A stretch of DNA of 20,244 nucleotides from Octopus sinensis (GCF_006345805.1 NW_021823954.1:1-20244); one strand, 5' to 3'. Positions 9,100 through 19,790 are shown, counted from the stretch's first letter. A program made the numbers and translations. The notes: generated by a model from the sequence alone, not told the origin.

Positions 9100-9542
9100 A
9101 CCACAGATTTGCTTGTCACTTGTTTGACCTTAACTAGTTGACCATGTTCCTTAGTGGCTGACGATATGTGCATCTCTGATCACAAGCAGAACTAGTGAGG
9201 GAGCATCACAGCCGTGTTTTGAAAGGAATTCTTAGAAGTTTGGATAATTCACCTTGGAAATATGGATGGTTCGTTCAACATCCTTAAACAATCCTTATTC
9301 AGGGCCCTTTTGAGTGGGATGGGCTACTCGACCAGAAGAAAATTCTAACTGGACCCCCATCTGCAAGATCATGCGCTGTTTATCTTGAGATCACCATGAG
9401 ATCACCATGTCGCGCACATATGGTTGTGATGCATGTACCTGGTGTACTCTTATCAGACGGGTTGTCATGGTGGGTATACTGGGCTTCGTATATTTTATTT
9501 TACCCCAGTGTCACTTTGATGGCATGCACTGCTCTCTCACTC
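9100..9542 (-). mobile_element. Family A copy, truncated and fused to the LINE fragment
   Basis: Reverse complement aligns to 4374-~4808; the last ~120 nt are missing; a duplicated gagatcaccat at 9387-9408; followed by (AAT)n at 9543-9607. Confidence 0.9.
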
Positions 9543-9555
9543 AATAATAATAATA

Positions 9556-9607
<52 letters not shown>

Positions 9608-9978
9608 GTTTCAAATCATCGCACAAAGCAAGCATGTTGGGGGAGGGGCGTTAGTCGATTACATCGACCCCAGTACACAGCTGGTATTTATTTTACCGAT
9701 CCTGAAAGAAGGAAAGGCAAAGTCGGCCTCGGCGGAATTTCAACTCAGAACTAAAGAGGAACGAAATGCCGCTAAACATATTAGTTTCTAATTTAGGCCA
9801 GCAATTTTTAAAGGAAGGAGGTGATTCGATACTATAGCCTTTATTAGTTAACTGAGTCTTTATTTCATGGACCTTGAAAGAGGGAAAAGTAAAGTTCACC
9901 TCGGTAGCTATTTGAAATCAGAAATGTCACAAAGCACTATCATCGACGCTTTAACGAGTCTGCTAGCTTACCAGTCTT
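9608..9978 (-). mobile_element. Two tandem tRNA-derived SINE family B copies (9608-9780, 9785-9978)
   Basis: Reverse complement contains the family B core ttctgagtt(c)aaattccgccgagg..gactttgcctttc; the second copy is more decayed. Confidence 0.75.
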
Positions 9979-10007
9979 CCCTTCAAAAAAAAAAAAATTA
10001 TTATTTG

Positions 10008-10920
10008 AAGGCAATATGGCGGCGAGTTGGCGGAATCGTTAGCACACCGGGCAAAATGCTTGGCGACATTTCGTCCATTATTACGTTCTGAGTTCGAATG
10101 CCACCAAGATCGACCTTCGCTTTTCATCCCTTCGAGGTCGATAAAATAAGTACCAGTGGAGCACTGGAGATCGACACAATGGATTTGCCCCAATCACCGA
10201 ACTTACTGGCTTGGTGCCAAAGTTTGAAACGAGTATTTGATAGGCAGTGAGCTGGGAGAGTCGTTAGCACACCGGGCTAAATGCTTAGCAGCATTTCGTC
10301 CGTCTTTACGTTCTGAGTTCAAATTCCACCGAGGTTGACTTTGCCTTTCATCCTTCGAGACCGATAAAATAAATACGATTTGAACTCTGGGGTTGATGTA
10401 ATCGACTTATTCCCTTCCTTGAAATTGCTGGCCTCGCGCCCAGAATTTGAAACCAAGATAATTGAAGGCTACGAGCCAGCAGAATTGGACAAAAATCTCA
10501 GCGGCATTTCTTCAGGTTTTACGCTTCGAGTTCAAATTCATCTGAGCTCGCCTTTACCTTTCATTCTTTCTGGGGTCGAGAAAGTAAGAACCTGTTGGGC
10601 ACTGGGGTGGATGTAATTGACTTACCCTTTTCCCTCAAAACTGCTGATTTTGTGTCATAATTAGAAAAGGTTTGAACAGTAAAGAATATATTTGAAAGTG
10701 GTGAGCCGACAGAATCGTCGGCATGCCACCCACAAACGTTTGTCGGCATTTCTCCTGGCTTTACACGTCCTGAGTTCAAATTCTGCCGAGGTCGACTTCG
10801 TCTCTCGTCCTTTTGAAACAAGGGTCGATGAACAAGTACCAACTGAGTACCGAAATCAATATATTGACACGAAAACCCCGCCCCCAGAAATTTCAGCACA
10901 CCTTGTGTCTATAGTTAAAA
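10008..10920 (+). mobile_element. Four head-to-tail SINE family B copies (10008-10230, 10241-10454, 10464-10668, 10694-10920)
   Basis: Each has an aggcggcgagctggcagaatcg-like head, B box GAGTTC(A/G)AAT, the core ctttgcctttcatcc..ggtcgataaaataagtacc and an aatttgaaac-like end. Confidence 0.85.
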
Positions 10921-11163
10921 TATATATATATATTTGCAAGAGTCGTCTTTGAATCCTTTTTGCTTCCCTCCCACTAAGATATAAATAAAAAAATAATAAA
11001 TATCTATCCTTGAAATCTAATCCAAAGTCAGAAAAACAAAACAAATAAAAATCAATAATGTAATTTTTTTACAACCTTATATCGATTATTCGGATTTTAT
11101 TTTTAAACTCCTTTCTCTTTTCTCTTGGTTTCTTCATTTCTTCTATTTCCCTATCTTTCCATT

Positions 11164-11176
11164 TATAATAATAATG

Positions 11177-11227
<51 letters not shown>

Positions 11228-11310
11228 TGATGATGATGATGATGATAATAATAATAATAATGATAATAATAATGATAATAATAATAATAATAATAATGAT
11301 GATGATGATG

Positions 11311-11344
<34 letters not shown>

Positions 11345-11370
11345 TAATAATAATAATAATAATAATAATG

Positions 11371-11401
<31 letters not shown>

Positions 11402-11430
11402 TAATAATGATGATAATAATAATAATAATG

Positions 11431-11461
<31 letters not shown>

Positions 11462-11504
11462 TAATAATTATAATAATTATAATAATCAGTACTAACATTG
11501 GTAC

Positions 11505-11535
<31 letters not shown>

Positions 11536-11566
11536 CAGTGAGAAAGAGAGAGAGAGAGAGAGAGAG
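11164..11566. repeat. (AAT)n array with periodic ATG interruptions, then (AG)n
   Basis: Direct reading. Confidence 0.95.
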
Positions 11567-12039
11567 GCAGGGACGTAATCCTTCCATTAGGCACCAGGTG
11601 GCAGTTGCAGTACGACGTATCTTACCTGTGACATTATTCACGAAACTAATGCCATCATCTTTCTACAGCGCTATCTCCTCGCCTCAGGCTGTCTCCACAT
11701 CACTTAATGCTTGTAATCTCCTTGCATTCCTACCAAGCTCAACTACTAACCGGATTCTCTTTCGTTTCTTTACGTTTCTTTACGTTATTTCCTTCATACT
11801 TTTGTCTTTCTTTCTTTCATTCTTTCTTTGTATCCTTCTTTTCTTTCTTTTGTTTTGTTTTTTGTTTTCTTTTTTGTTGTTGCTGTTTCTACCTTTTAGA
11901 TTTTGTTTCGTTTTCCTTTCTATCTTTGTACATCGTACGATTTGAGCCTCATCACGAGCACTTGTCCATCCAAACTGACACCGTCACCGTTGCTATCATC
12001 TTCATCATTAATCATCAACCATTTTCCTCGTTGTCATTA

Positions 12040-12048
12040 TCGTCGTCG

Positions 12049-12096
<48 letters not shown>

Positions 12097-12127
12097 GCAG
12101 CATCATCATCATCATCATCAGCATCAT

Positions 12128-12158
<31 letters not shown>

Positions 12159-12169
12159 AGCAGTAGTAA

Positions 12170-12204
<35 letters not shown>
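12040..12204. repeat. (TCA)n/(GCA)n/(GTA)n microsatellite
   Basis: Direct reading. Confidence 0.95.
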
Positions 12205-12208
<4 letters not shown>

Positions 12209-12628
12209 CTTTTAGCGGGTGGAGAGCTGAACCGTCCTGTGGTATAGAGGTTTCGCAATCTGGACTACAGTCTGAAAGTTTACCACACCATGGTTCCTCT
12301 GCAGCAGCAGCGCGAAGGCGCAATGGCCCAGTGGTTAGGACAAGCGGACTCGCGGTCGCAAGAACGCGGTTTCGATTCCCAGACCGGGCATTGCGAGTGT
12401 TGATTGAGCAAAAACACCTAAGCTCCACGAGGCTCCGGCGGGGTGCATTGGGGAACCCCGCTGTACTCTTTCACCACACCTTTCTATCACTCTTTCTTCC
12501 TATTTCTTCCACAAAGCAGAGGAACCATGGTGTAACCCATTATGGTGTGGTAAACTTTCAGAGCGTTGTCCAGATTGCGAAACCTCTGTACCCCAGGACG
12601 GTTCAGCTCTCAACCCGCTAAAAGCCAC
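12205..12628. repeat. Inverted repeat (arms 12205-12302 and 12516-12628) enclosing a SINE fragment
   Basis: The arms match at 92/98 nt, apart from a 15-nt insertion in the right arm; (GTA)n on the left and (TAC)n on the right extend the symmetry. Confidence 0.9.
12317..12510 (+). mobile_element. tRNA-derived SINE 5' part (family H)
   Basis: A box TGGCCCAGTGG at 12324-12334 and B-box-like GGTTTCGATTCCC at 12368-12380. Confidence 0.7.
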
Positions 12629-12829
12629 TACTACTACTACTACTACTATACTACTACTACTACTATTACTGCTACTACTGCTGCTGCTGCTGCTGCTACT
12701 ACTACTACTTCGACCATTAAAACTACTATTACTACTACTGCTACTGCTGCTGCTGCGGCTGCTACTATTACAGCTGTTGCTTCTCCTCGTCCTCCTCGTC
12801 CTCCACCTCCTCGTCGTCCTCCTCCTCCA

Positions 12830-12901
<72 letters not shown>

Positions 12902-12918
12902 ACTACTACTACTACTAC
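12629..12918. repeat. (CTA)n/(CTG)n/(CCT)n compound microsatellite
   Basis: Direct reading. Confidence 0.95.
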
Positions 12919-12974
12919 TTCCACACAACCTCATAATGCAGACACTTCTATACGAATACACATCTAAAATAGCC

Positions 12975-13330
12975 ACTACACCAATGCATAGTATAGCAGA
13001 TTTGAATACACAGTTTTCTAACCACTACACTACGATGCAGTTAGTAGCTTCTACTCTGCTATACATTTAGTGGCTGCCGCACGACTAAATGAATAGTATA
13101 GCAGATTCTATACTACAAAAACAGTATCTTCTGCATCACTGCATAGTAGCTTCTATACCTACCTGTACGCCGTATAGAAGCTTCTATAGGTAGACATTGT
13201 AAAGAACCGCCTATAAAGCGGCAGTTAGTAGCTTCTAAGCTACTACGTAGAAACGTCTACACCTGTACATGATATAGGATCTTTGTAATACTACACAGCA
13301 TAGTCACTTCTACACAACTGTATGGAAGCC
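12975..13330 (+). repeat. Old degenerate minisatellite (~25-30-bp units, motif tagtagcttcta)
   Basis: tagtagcttcta or a close variant near 13042, 13144, 13175, 13226 and 13301; tagtatagcagatt near 12989 and 13094. Confidence 0.55.
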
Positions 13331-13405
13331 TTTATGCATCTATGTATTCAGTGAGGATCAATTAGTTTAATTTATTCAAATTTATTATTATTATTATTAT
13401 TATAT

Positions 13406-13954
13406 GAGTGAGCAGTGCCTGCCATCAAAGTGACCTGGGGTAAAAATATGAAGCCCAGTGCCCCATTCATGGCTACCTTTCTGATAAGGGTTACACCAGG
13501 CACATGCATCACAACCACATGTGCGCGACATGGTGATCTCATATCAAGATAAACAGCACATGACCTTGCAGGTGGGGCCCAGTTAGAATTTTCTTCTGGT
13601 TGAGTAGCCCATCCCGCTCAAACGGTCCCTGAATAAGGATTGTTTAAGGATGTTGAAGGAACCATCCATATTTCCAAAGGTGATTATCCAAACCTCTAAA
13701 TCCCTCTCAACAATGGCTATGATGCTCCCCACTACTTCTGCTCATGATCAGAGTTGCATATATCGTCAGCCACTAAGGGACATGCTCAACTGGTTAGGTC
13801 AAACAACTGACAAGCAATCTGTGGTATTGAGCAGAATATTTGCTGTAGCCCATCTTTTATACCAAGACAAAACAATGTACAGTACAGATAATACTTCCAA
13901 TCAGTTAAGATTAGAAGCCATGAGAGCCACTGCCTGGTACTGCATCAGGGCATT
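13406..13954 (+). mobile_element. Family A copy
   Basis: Colinear with 4374-4930; (TTA)n on both sides. Confidence 0.9.
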
Positions 13955-13975
13955 ATTATTTTATTATATTATTAT

Positions 13976-14012
<37 letters not shown>

Positions 14013-14039
14013 TATATTATTATTATTATTATTATTATT

Positions 14040-14252
14040 AAGGCGACGAGCTGGCAGAATCGTTAGCACGTCGGGAAAGATGCTTAGCAGCATTTCGTCT
14101 GTTTCCATGTTCTGAGTTCCAATTCCGCCGAGGTTGACTTTGCCCTTCAACCTTTCAGGGTCGATAAAATAAATACCAGCTGAGTACTGGGGTTGACTTA
14201 ATCGACATACGCCTCCCCTGAAATTGCAGGTCTTGTGCCAAAATTTGAAATC
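14040..14252 (+). mobile_element. SINE family B copy
   Basis: Same head, core and tail as 10241-10454. Confidence 0.85.
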
Positions 14253-14289
14253 AAATCCTCCTCCGCATCATCGTCATCATCCACATCGC

Positions 14290-14323
<34 letters not shown>

Positions 14324-14326
<3 letters not shown>

Positions 14327-14683
14327 TAGTTTTATTTTTATAGCGTGCTTTCACTTCACTACCGAGCGCAGCTCTGTGTGCCTTGGGTATGTGCTGTGAT
14401 TTGTTGTGATGCTCTGATGGTTATTGTATGGAAAGTGTTCTGCGTAGGATGTGTGCAGTGCCTAGTAGTGCAATTTTCTGTATGTTATATGTGTTTGTAA
14501 GTCCTGGTGTTTTTGTTATGTATTTGTCTGAATATTTTTTTATCATGCCTAATGCACCTACTATGATAGGAATTGTTTCTGTTTTCAGATTCCACATTCT
14601 AGTTACCTCTATTTCCAGGTCTTTGTATTTTGAGGGTTTCTCCATTTCTTTTAGAGACACGTTGTCATCTGCCGGTATTGATA

Positions 14684-14686
<3 letters not shown>
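14324..14686 (-). mobile_element. 3' end of the same R4/Dong-like LINE (endonuclease C-terminus, stop at 14423-14421, ~100-nt 3' UTR)
   Basis: VSIPADDNVSLKEMEKPSKYKDLEIEVTRMW...IPIIVGALG...IQKIALLGTAHILRRTL continues the peptide that ends at 9099; (AAT)n on both sides. Confidence 0.88.
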
Positions 14687-14732
<46 letters not shown>

Positions 14733-14869
14733 TATTATTATTATTATTATTATCATTATTATTGCTTTCAGTAAAGGCAGCTTTATTAAGCTGATTTCAA
14801 TGCCGACCTTACTGATTTGGTTTTTCAGCGAAGCTTTAAATGTACTTCTTTCAATTTTTAAAACTTCCC

Positions 14870-14956
14870 ATGGTGGCTTTCTATCAATTATGGAAATTTC
14901 ATATCTGAAGAGAGAACCGCTATAAAATGAAATTTCCATAATTGACAGAGAACCAT
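14870..14956. other. Long hairpin (perfect 19-bp stem, 24-nt loop, imperfect outer extension)
   Basis: 14884-14902 tcaattatggaaatttcat is the exact reverse complement of 14927-14945; outer pairs tttct/agaga and atggt/accat. Confidence 0.85.
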
Positions 14957-15749
14957 CGTAAAAACGTGGCGAAATCAAAGAAAGAGTTATATAGAACTTG
15001 CTGAAAACCCCGGCCAATAAACTCAGCGCTAGCTTCGTTTGCTGGAAAAGAAATTTACATGACGTTAAAAGTGCAACGTTAATTGAAGACACGCCAGCGA
15101 ATAAAAAATGTTACATTTACTATCTGTACGTACAAAGATTTTGTGTTCGGATCAGGTCCCGTATTTAACTATTTTATAGCTGAAAGCAGATATATCCACT
15201 CTAAAATTTTATAGTTCTTAACTGCAGAAAGCAGTTTTAATATACCAATCTAGCTTTTGTATAGGAATGTCATGTATAAAACTGTTTTTCTGTTCTGATA
15301 TGTCAAGTTTAATGCGGCAACAAGTGGACCTGCAGAAAAATATTAATTCAATTTTTTGTGTGTGTGTGGTGGTGGTGGAAGGGGGTTTAGATATTTAATC
15401 ACATGATCACGTGACTGACCAGACTATCGGGTGTTGTTATACATCGCTGGTCACGATGCGTTTTTGCTTGGGATTTGGGGTTTCGAATGATGCCACCCCC
15501 GCTGGCTTGGCGAGCAGGCCACTATTCTTTCTGATGGGAAGGTTAGTTCGTCGCAGTGCATCTCCCTCGCCATCCTCCGGGGCAACGCCTTGTCCATTTT
15601 GTTTGTTGGGGTCACGAGAAATATTTCTTTAATAAAGACATATGAAAAACAGCAAAAACAAATTGCCAAGCTAACTGACCAGCTAAGAGCACCCAACCAG
15701 AACGACTATTTGATAGGAAAAAAAAAACGATTAATGCCCGTCACAAAAT

Positions 15750-15884
15750 TACTCATAGCTCAGTGAACTGGACCACCGCGAATTGACGTGTTTTGCTCAA
15801 GAAAACATTGAGCTGTTCGATGCGAAAATCGATCCTATGATCTAACGATCGCGTGTATAACGCCGTAACCACTACGCTACGCAC
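15750..15884 (-). mobile_element. Decayed CORE-like tRNA-derived SINE
   Basis: Reverse complement has a gcgtagtggtta head and tgttttcttgagcaaaacac...ccagttcactgagc...tgagta, similar to 16974-17220. Confidence 0.5.
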
Positions 15885-16127
15885 ATTAACAGATACTTGG
15901 GAATTACTGGAATAGCCATAAAATTTAATTTCGCATTGAGAGTGGTTAAAAGACTGTTGAATGCACTTAAAAATCGGTGTCATGAATGAAACCGATAAAA
16001 GAATAATTGAAACGGTTTAGCTTCTAACGGGAAATGAAACCGTACCGCGCTGTCGGTCACCGAGCACCAACTATCTGCGCTCCATGCTTTAGCAGATTTA
16101 AAAAGCCTGTATTACTGAGCAGGTATA

Positions 16128-16341
16128 CTGGTTCCAAATTTTGGCACAAGGCCAGCAATTTCGGGGGCCGGGATTATGTCTATTACATTTGCTCCATTAC
16201 TCAACTGGTACTTATTTTTATCGACCCCCGAAAGGATAAAAGGTAAAGTGGACCTCGGCGGAATTTGAACTCGGAATATAAGACGGACGAACTGCCGCTA
16301 AGCATTTTGTCCGGCGTGCTAACAATTCTGCCAACTCACTC
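16128..16341 (-). mobile_element. SINE family B copy with target-site duplication
   Basis: Family B sequence flanked by act(g/c)agcaggtata at 16114-16127 and 16338-16351 (13/14). Confidence 0.85.
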
Positions 16342-16351
16342 AGCAGGTATA

Positions 16352-16509
16352 TTCTGGGTACAAAGCCCGAAATTTTTTTGGAGGAAGCCAGTCGATTAGA
16401 TCGACCCCAGTAGGCAACTGGTACTTAATTTATCGACTTCGAAAGGATGAAAGGCAAAGTCGAACTCGGCGGAATTTGAACTCAGTACGTAGGCGGCAGA
16501 TGAAATACC
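16352..16509 (-). mobile_element. 5'-truncated family B-type SINE
   Basis: Core gtcgattagatcgaccccagt..ggcaaagtcgaactcggcggaatttgaactcag. Confidence 0.75.
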
Positions 16510-16973
16510 TATTTCTTTACTACCCACAAAGAGCAATAAAGAAATAATCAGGTGCGATGTCACGTGACTGAGAGCTCGGTTTTATTCGAACCTTTCTTTT
16601 TTCGATCTCGCATTTATGAAAAGGCGATCACTGAGGTCACAAAGAAGCGAATAGGCAACCAAGCAGTCGCCAGTTCGCATCTCACTACTCACACTGCGTT
16701 GTATCTATCTATTGTCAAATCATTTGATTCTACAGAAACGGCCCTGTTCGCTTAGCCGTAAATAGGTATCGTAACATTGGAACAACTCGGTAGCACTATT
16801 AAAAAACCCGTATGTTTTTAAAGCTCATGGTGCTGAGTTCAATTCCTGTGGTTGTAACTTTACCCAGAAGTACACGAGCATCCACGGTTACTCAAGTCTT
16901 CAGCAATTTCCTCTAAATTTCAAAAGGATTTAGATTTCATTCTACAAACTCCTAAATAAATAGATAAATAAAT

Positions 16974-17220
16974 GCGTCCTTTTAAAGCCTAGCCAGGTTC
17001 ATGGGGCCCGGTTTCCCGGTTTCTATGGCGTATGTGTTCCCAGCTGGACGGGACGCCAGTCCATCGCAGCGTTACTCATTTTTGCCAGCTGAGTGGATTG
17101 GAGCAACATGAAATGAAGTGTTTTCACTCAAGAACACAACGCGCCGCCCGGTCCAGGAATCGAAACCACAATCTTACGATCATTATGTTGACACCCTACC
17201 CACTAAACCACGCGCCTCCA
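16974..17220 (-). mobile_element. CORE-like tRNA-derived SINE (family I)
   Basis: Minus-strand head tggaggcgcgtggtttagtgg, B box GTTTCGATTCC, (AAAT)n tail, and TSD-like acaa(a/c)ctcctaa at 16944-16955 and 17222-17233. Confidence 0.8.
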
Positions 17221-17410
17221 CACAACCTCCTAAGCTAAAAGGAAAATAAATAAATGGTATGTTGAAATACTCCTTCATTTTCTCAAGGCTCATTGTGATT
17301 ATTTAGACCCAGTTCATTCCTGAATGAGCAAATCAAAAGCGTTCCAGTTGTGACAGTCATGCCTTTCTCTCGAGTATGGAGTAACTAAAACAACATTACC
17401 TAACATAACT

Positions 17411-17625
17411 AAGATGGCGAGCTTGCAGAATAGTCATCGCATCAAACAAAATGTTCAACGGCGTTTCTTCTGCTTTGATTTCGTTCAGTGTTCAAATGCC
17501 ACCGAGGTCGACTTTGCCTTTCATCTTTTCAAAGTCGATAAAATAAGTGCCATTTGATCAATAGGGTCGATGTAATAGACTATCTTCCCCGTGCCAAATC
17601 TCAGGCTTTGTGCGTATATTAGAAA
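17411..17625 (+). mobile_element. Diverged SINE family B copy
   Basis: Core gccaccgaggtcgactttgcctttcatc..gtcgataaaataagt. Confidence 0.75.
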
Positions 17626-17915
17626 GAATTATTATCTAACATCTATTATATAACCTCTATTAAAGACGGTAAGGCGTGATTTCATGGCGATTTGATTGCA
17701 GCTTGCATTCGAACGAACGCTAATACAGATTCTTTTCGCTCGCTAATTTGGTTGAGAAAGAAGTCAATATAAGACTTCATTGACACTGTGTTGCATATTC
17801 AGCTTGCAGTACGGGTGCTTACCTTTTTGCTTATCTCTTGGTCTACGGATGCTTGCCACTGATTCCCGCTAGTAAATTAAGCGAGTCAATGTGATAACCT
17901 CAAAGCGCTCGCTCA

Positions 17916-18287
17916 TCTCTCTATATATAAACGGCAGTTTGTCTCTGTGTGTTTCTGTGTGCCTGTTAGGTTGTACCCTCACCCTGACCACAGCTTTCAA
18001 CCGATTCTGATGAAACTTGACACACACATAGCCCAATGTCATAATTCAAAACTAACGCAGCGAAAATTTTGAAAAGTTCCCCCAGTTCTGAAAATAAAAG
18101 ATAAATTCGACATGGTGTCGAGAATCAAAAACACAAACCACAGACTGTCTAGGGGACGCAACTCGACCTTCTTAACTAAAAAAAAAATTTACCCTTATTT
18201 TTTTTCCATTTTTTGGCTATAACTCTCTAGAAATGCCTTATAGTTATTTCCCTTACAAACCCGAGCAACGCCGGGCGATACTGCTAG
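17916..18287 (+). mobile_element. Non-autonomous Helitron
   Basis: Inserted between A17915 and T18288; 5' TC(TCTCTATATATAA), 3' CTAG, and a GC-rich subterminal hairpin cccgagcaacgccggg at 18260-18275. Confidence 0.8.
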
Positions 18288-18456
18288 TCCTGTTATAAAT
18301 AGCAACCAAATCTCCAAATCACATCTTACTCCATCATGGCTGCACTTCAAGGCCGAAACTAGTCAAAAATAAAATATATTATACGGAGAAATAACTAAAT
18401 TACCTTTGTTTATATATCTAATATACTAAATAAAAGATGAAGACCACTTTCGGCCA

Positions 18457-18775
18457 CGTGTGACCATGGAATTGCGCCTAGAAAGTTCCCCTGCGATGTA
18501 CAAGTCCGGACAAGGTTGTTTATAGAAGACCAGCAGTCGCCCATGCACACCAACCCCTCACTCTCCATGCCACTGATGTCATCCAATGGAAAGACAAAGG
18601 TCGATACAACTTGGCACCAGTGAAGTCGCAGCTCATTCCTATAGCTGAGGGAACTGGAGCAACGTGAAGTAAAGCACCTTGTTCAAGAACACCACTCACA
18701 GCCCAGTCTGGGAATCGAACTCACAACATCACGTCTGTAACCCCGATACTCTAACCACTGAGCCACGTGCCTCCA
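18457..18775 (-). mobile_element. CORE-like tRNA-derived SINE with a different tail
   Basis: Minus-strand head tggaggcacgtggctcagtggttag, B box GAGTTCGATTCCC, and a core similar to 17095-17140; the 3' boundary is approximate. Confidence 0.7.
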
Positions 18776-18802
18776 CTATATTACATATCATACCTTGGTA
18801 TT

Positions 18803-19035
18803 TAATTCTTTACTACCCACAAGGGGCTAAACACAGAGGGGACAAACAAGGACAGACAAACGGATTAAGTCGATTAGATCGGCCCCAGTGCGTAACTGGT
18901 ACTTATTTAATCGACCCCGAAAGGATGAAAGGCAAAGTCGACCTCGGCGGAATTTGAACTCAGAACGTAGCGGCAGACGAAATACCGCAAAGCATTTCGC
19001 CCGGCATGCTAACGTTTCTGCCATCTCGCTGCCTT
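18803..19035 (-). mobile_element. SINE family B variant (B2 tail) with a perfect 17-bp TSD
   Basis: tatcataccttggtatt at 18786-18802 and 19036-19052; B head and core with a different 3' tail. Confidence 0.9.
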
Positions 19036-19625
19036 TATCATACCTTGGTATTGTGATCATTAAGATACCAGTTCACAGGCTAATGATATTAAATTAAGTG
19101 TTAACACTTCCGATGTGCAAATTGGTAGCTCCAGTTTTCTGAAGCTACTGAGATTGTTGAGTATATAAACGGATTGGCTACTTTCTCTCGGATTTGTGAA
19201 ATCGATGTAGACGTCTCTGATGAGAAACCAATAACAGACGAAAATCGATTAAGGCTGCTCTTGATTTTTGGTTTATTCTGTGGGGAAATAGCTAAATCAG
19301 CCTTGTTTATATATCTACTATACGTATCACACACGCGCGCGCATATAACCAGAAATGGCTCGGATGAAAATAGCATTAATTATATTAGGTCGTTCAATTT
19401 TTCTCAATTGATCAACAGACCAATTAAATAAACCAATCAGTAATGTAGCTGTAATGACTACTGGAAACAGCTGTAAAGCAAACATTGCTCCAATAAAGGA
19501 AATATATGTTGTAATCATTTATTTTTAACTTGATTTATATATATGTGTTTTACTCTTTATCTTTTATTAAACTTTTAATACTTTTGATATTTATTTAAAA
19601 AAAGATAATAATAATAAATAAATAA

Positions 19626-19790
19626 GGCGCAGGAGTGGCTGTGTGGTAAGTAGCTTGCTAAACAACCACATGGTTCCGGGTTCAGTCCCACTGCGTGGCA
19701 TCTTGGGCAAGTGTCTTCTGCTATAGCCCCGGGCCGACCAATGTCTTGTGAGTGGATTTGGTAGACGGAAACTGAAAGAAGCCTGTCGTA

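Noticed and set aside
9158-9200. CTGACGA in family A as an HHR core
   Set aside because: No GAAA at a suitable distance and no stem III/NUH.
11125-13070. Long ORFs (up to 304 aa) with poly-I/S/T/V
   Set aside because: Microsatellite-derived.
14905-14940. CTGAAGA...GAAA in the hairpin loop
   Set aside because: No stem II or stem I; the sequence is explained by the inverted repeat.
15153-15332. Possible MITE with caggtcc/ggacctg ends
   Set aside because: Only 7 bp of exact TIR, no clear TSD and a single copy in the window.
17642-17872. Second Helitron (A/TCTATTATATA ... CTAG/T)
   Set aside because: The termini fit, but there is no convincing subterminal hairpin and no similarity to the adjacent Helitron.
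18007-18020. CTGATGAAAC within the Helitron
   Set aside because: No room for stem II.
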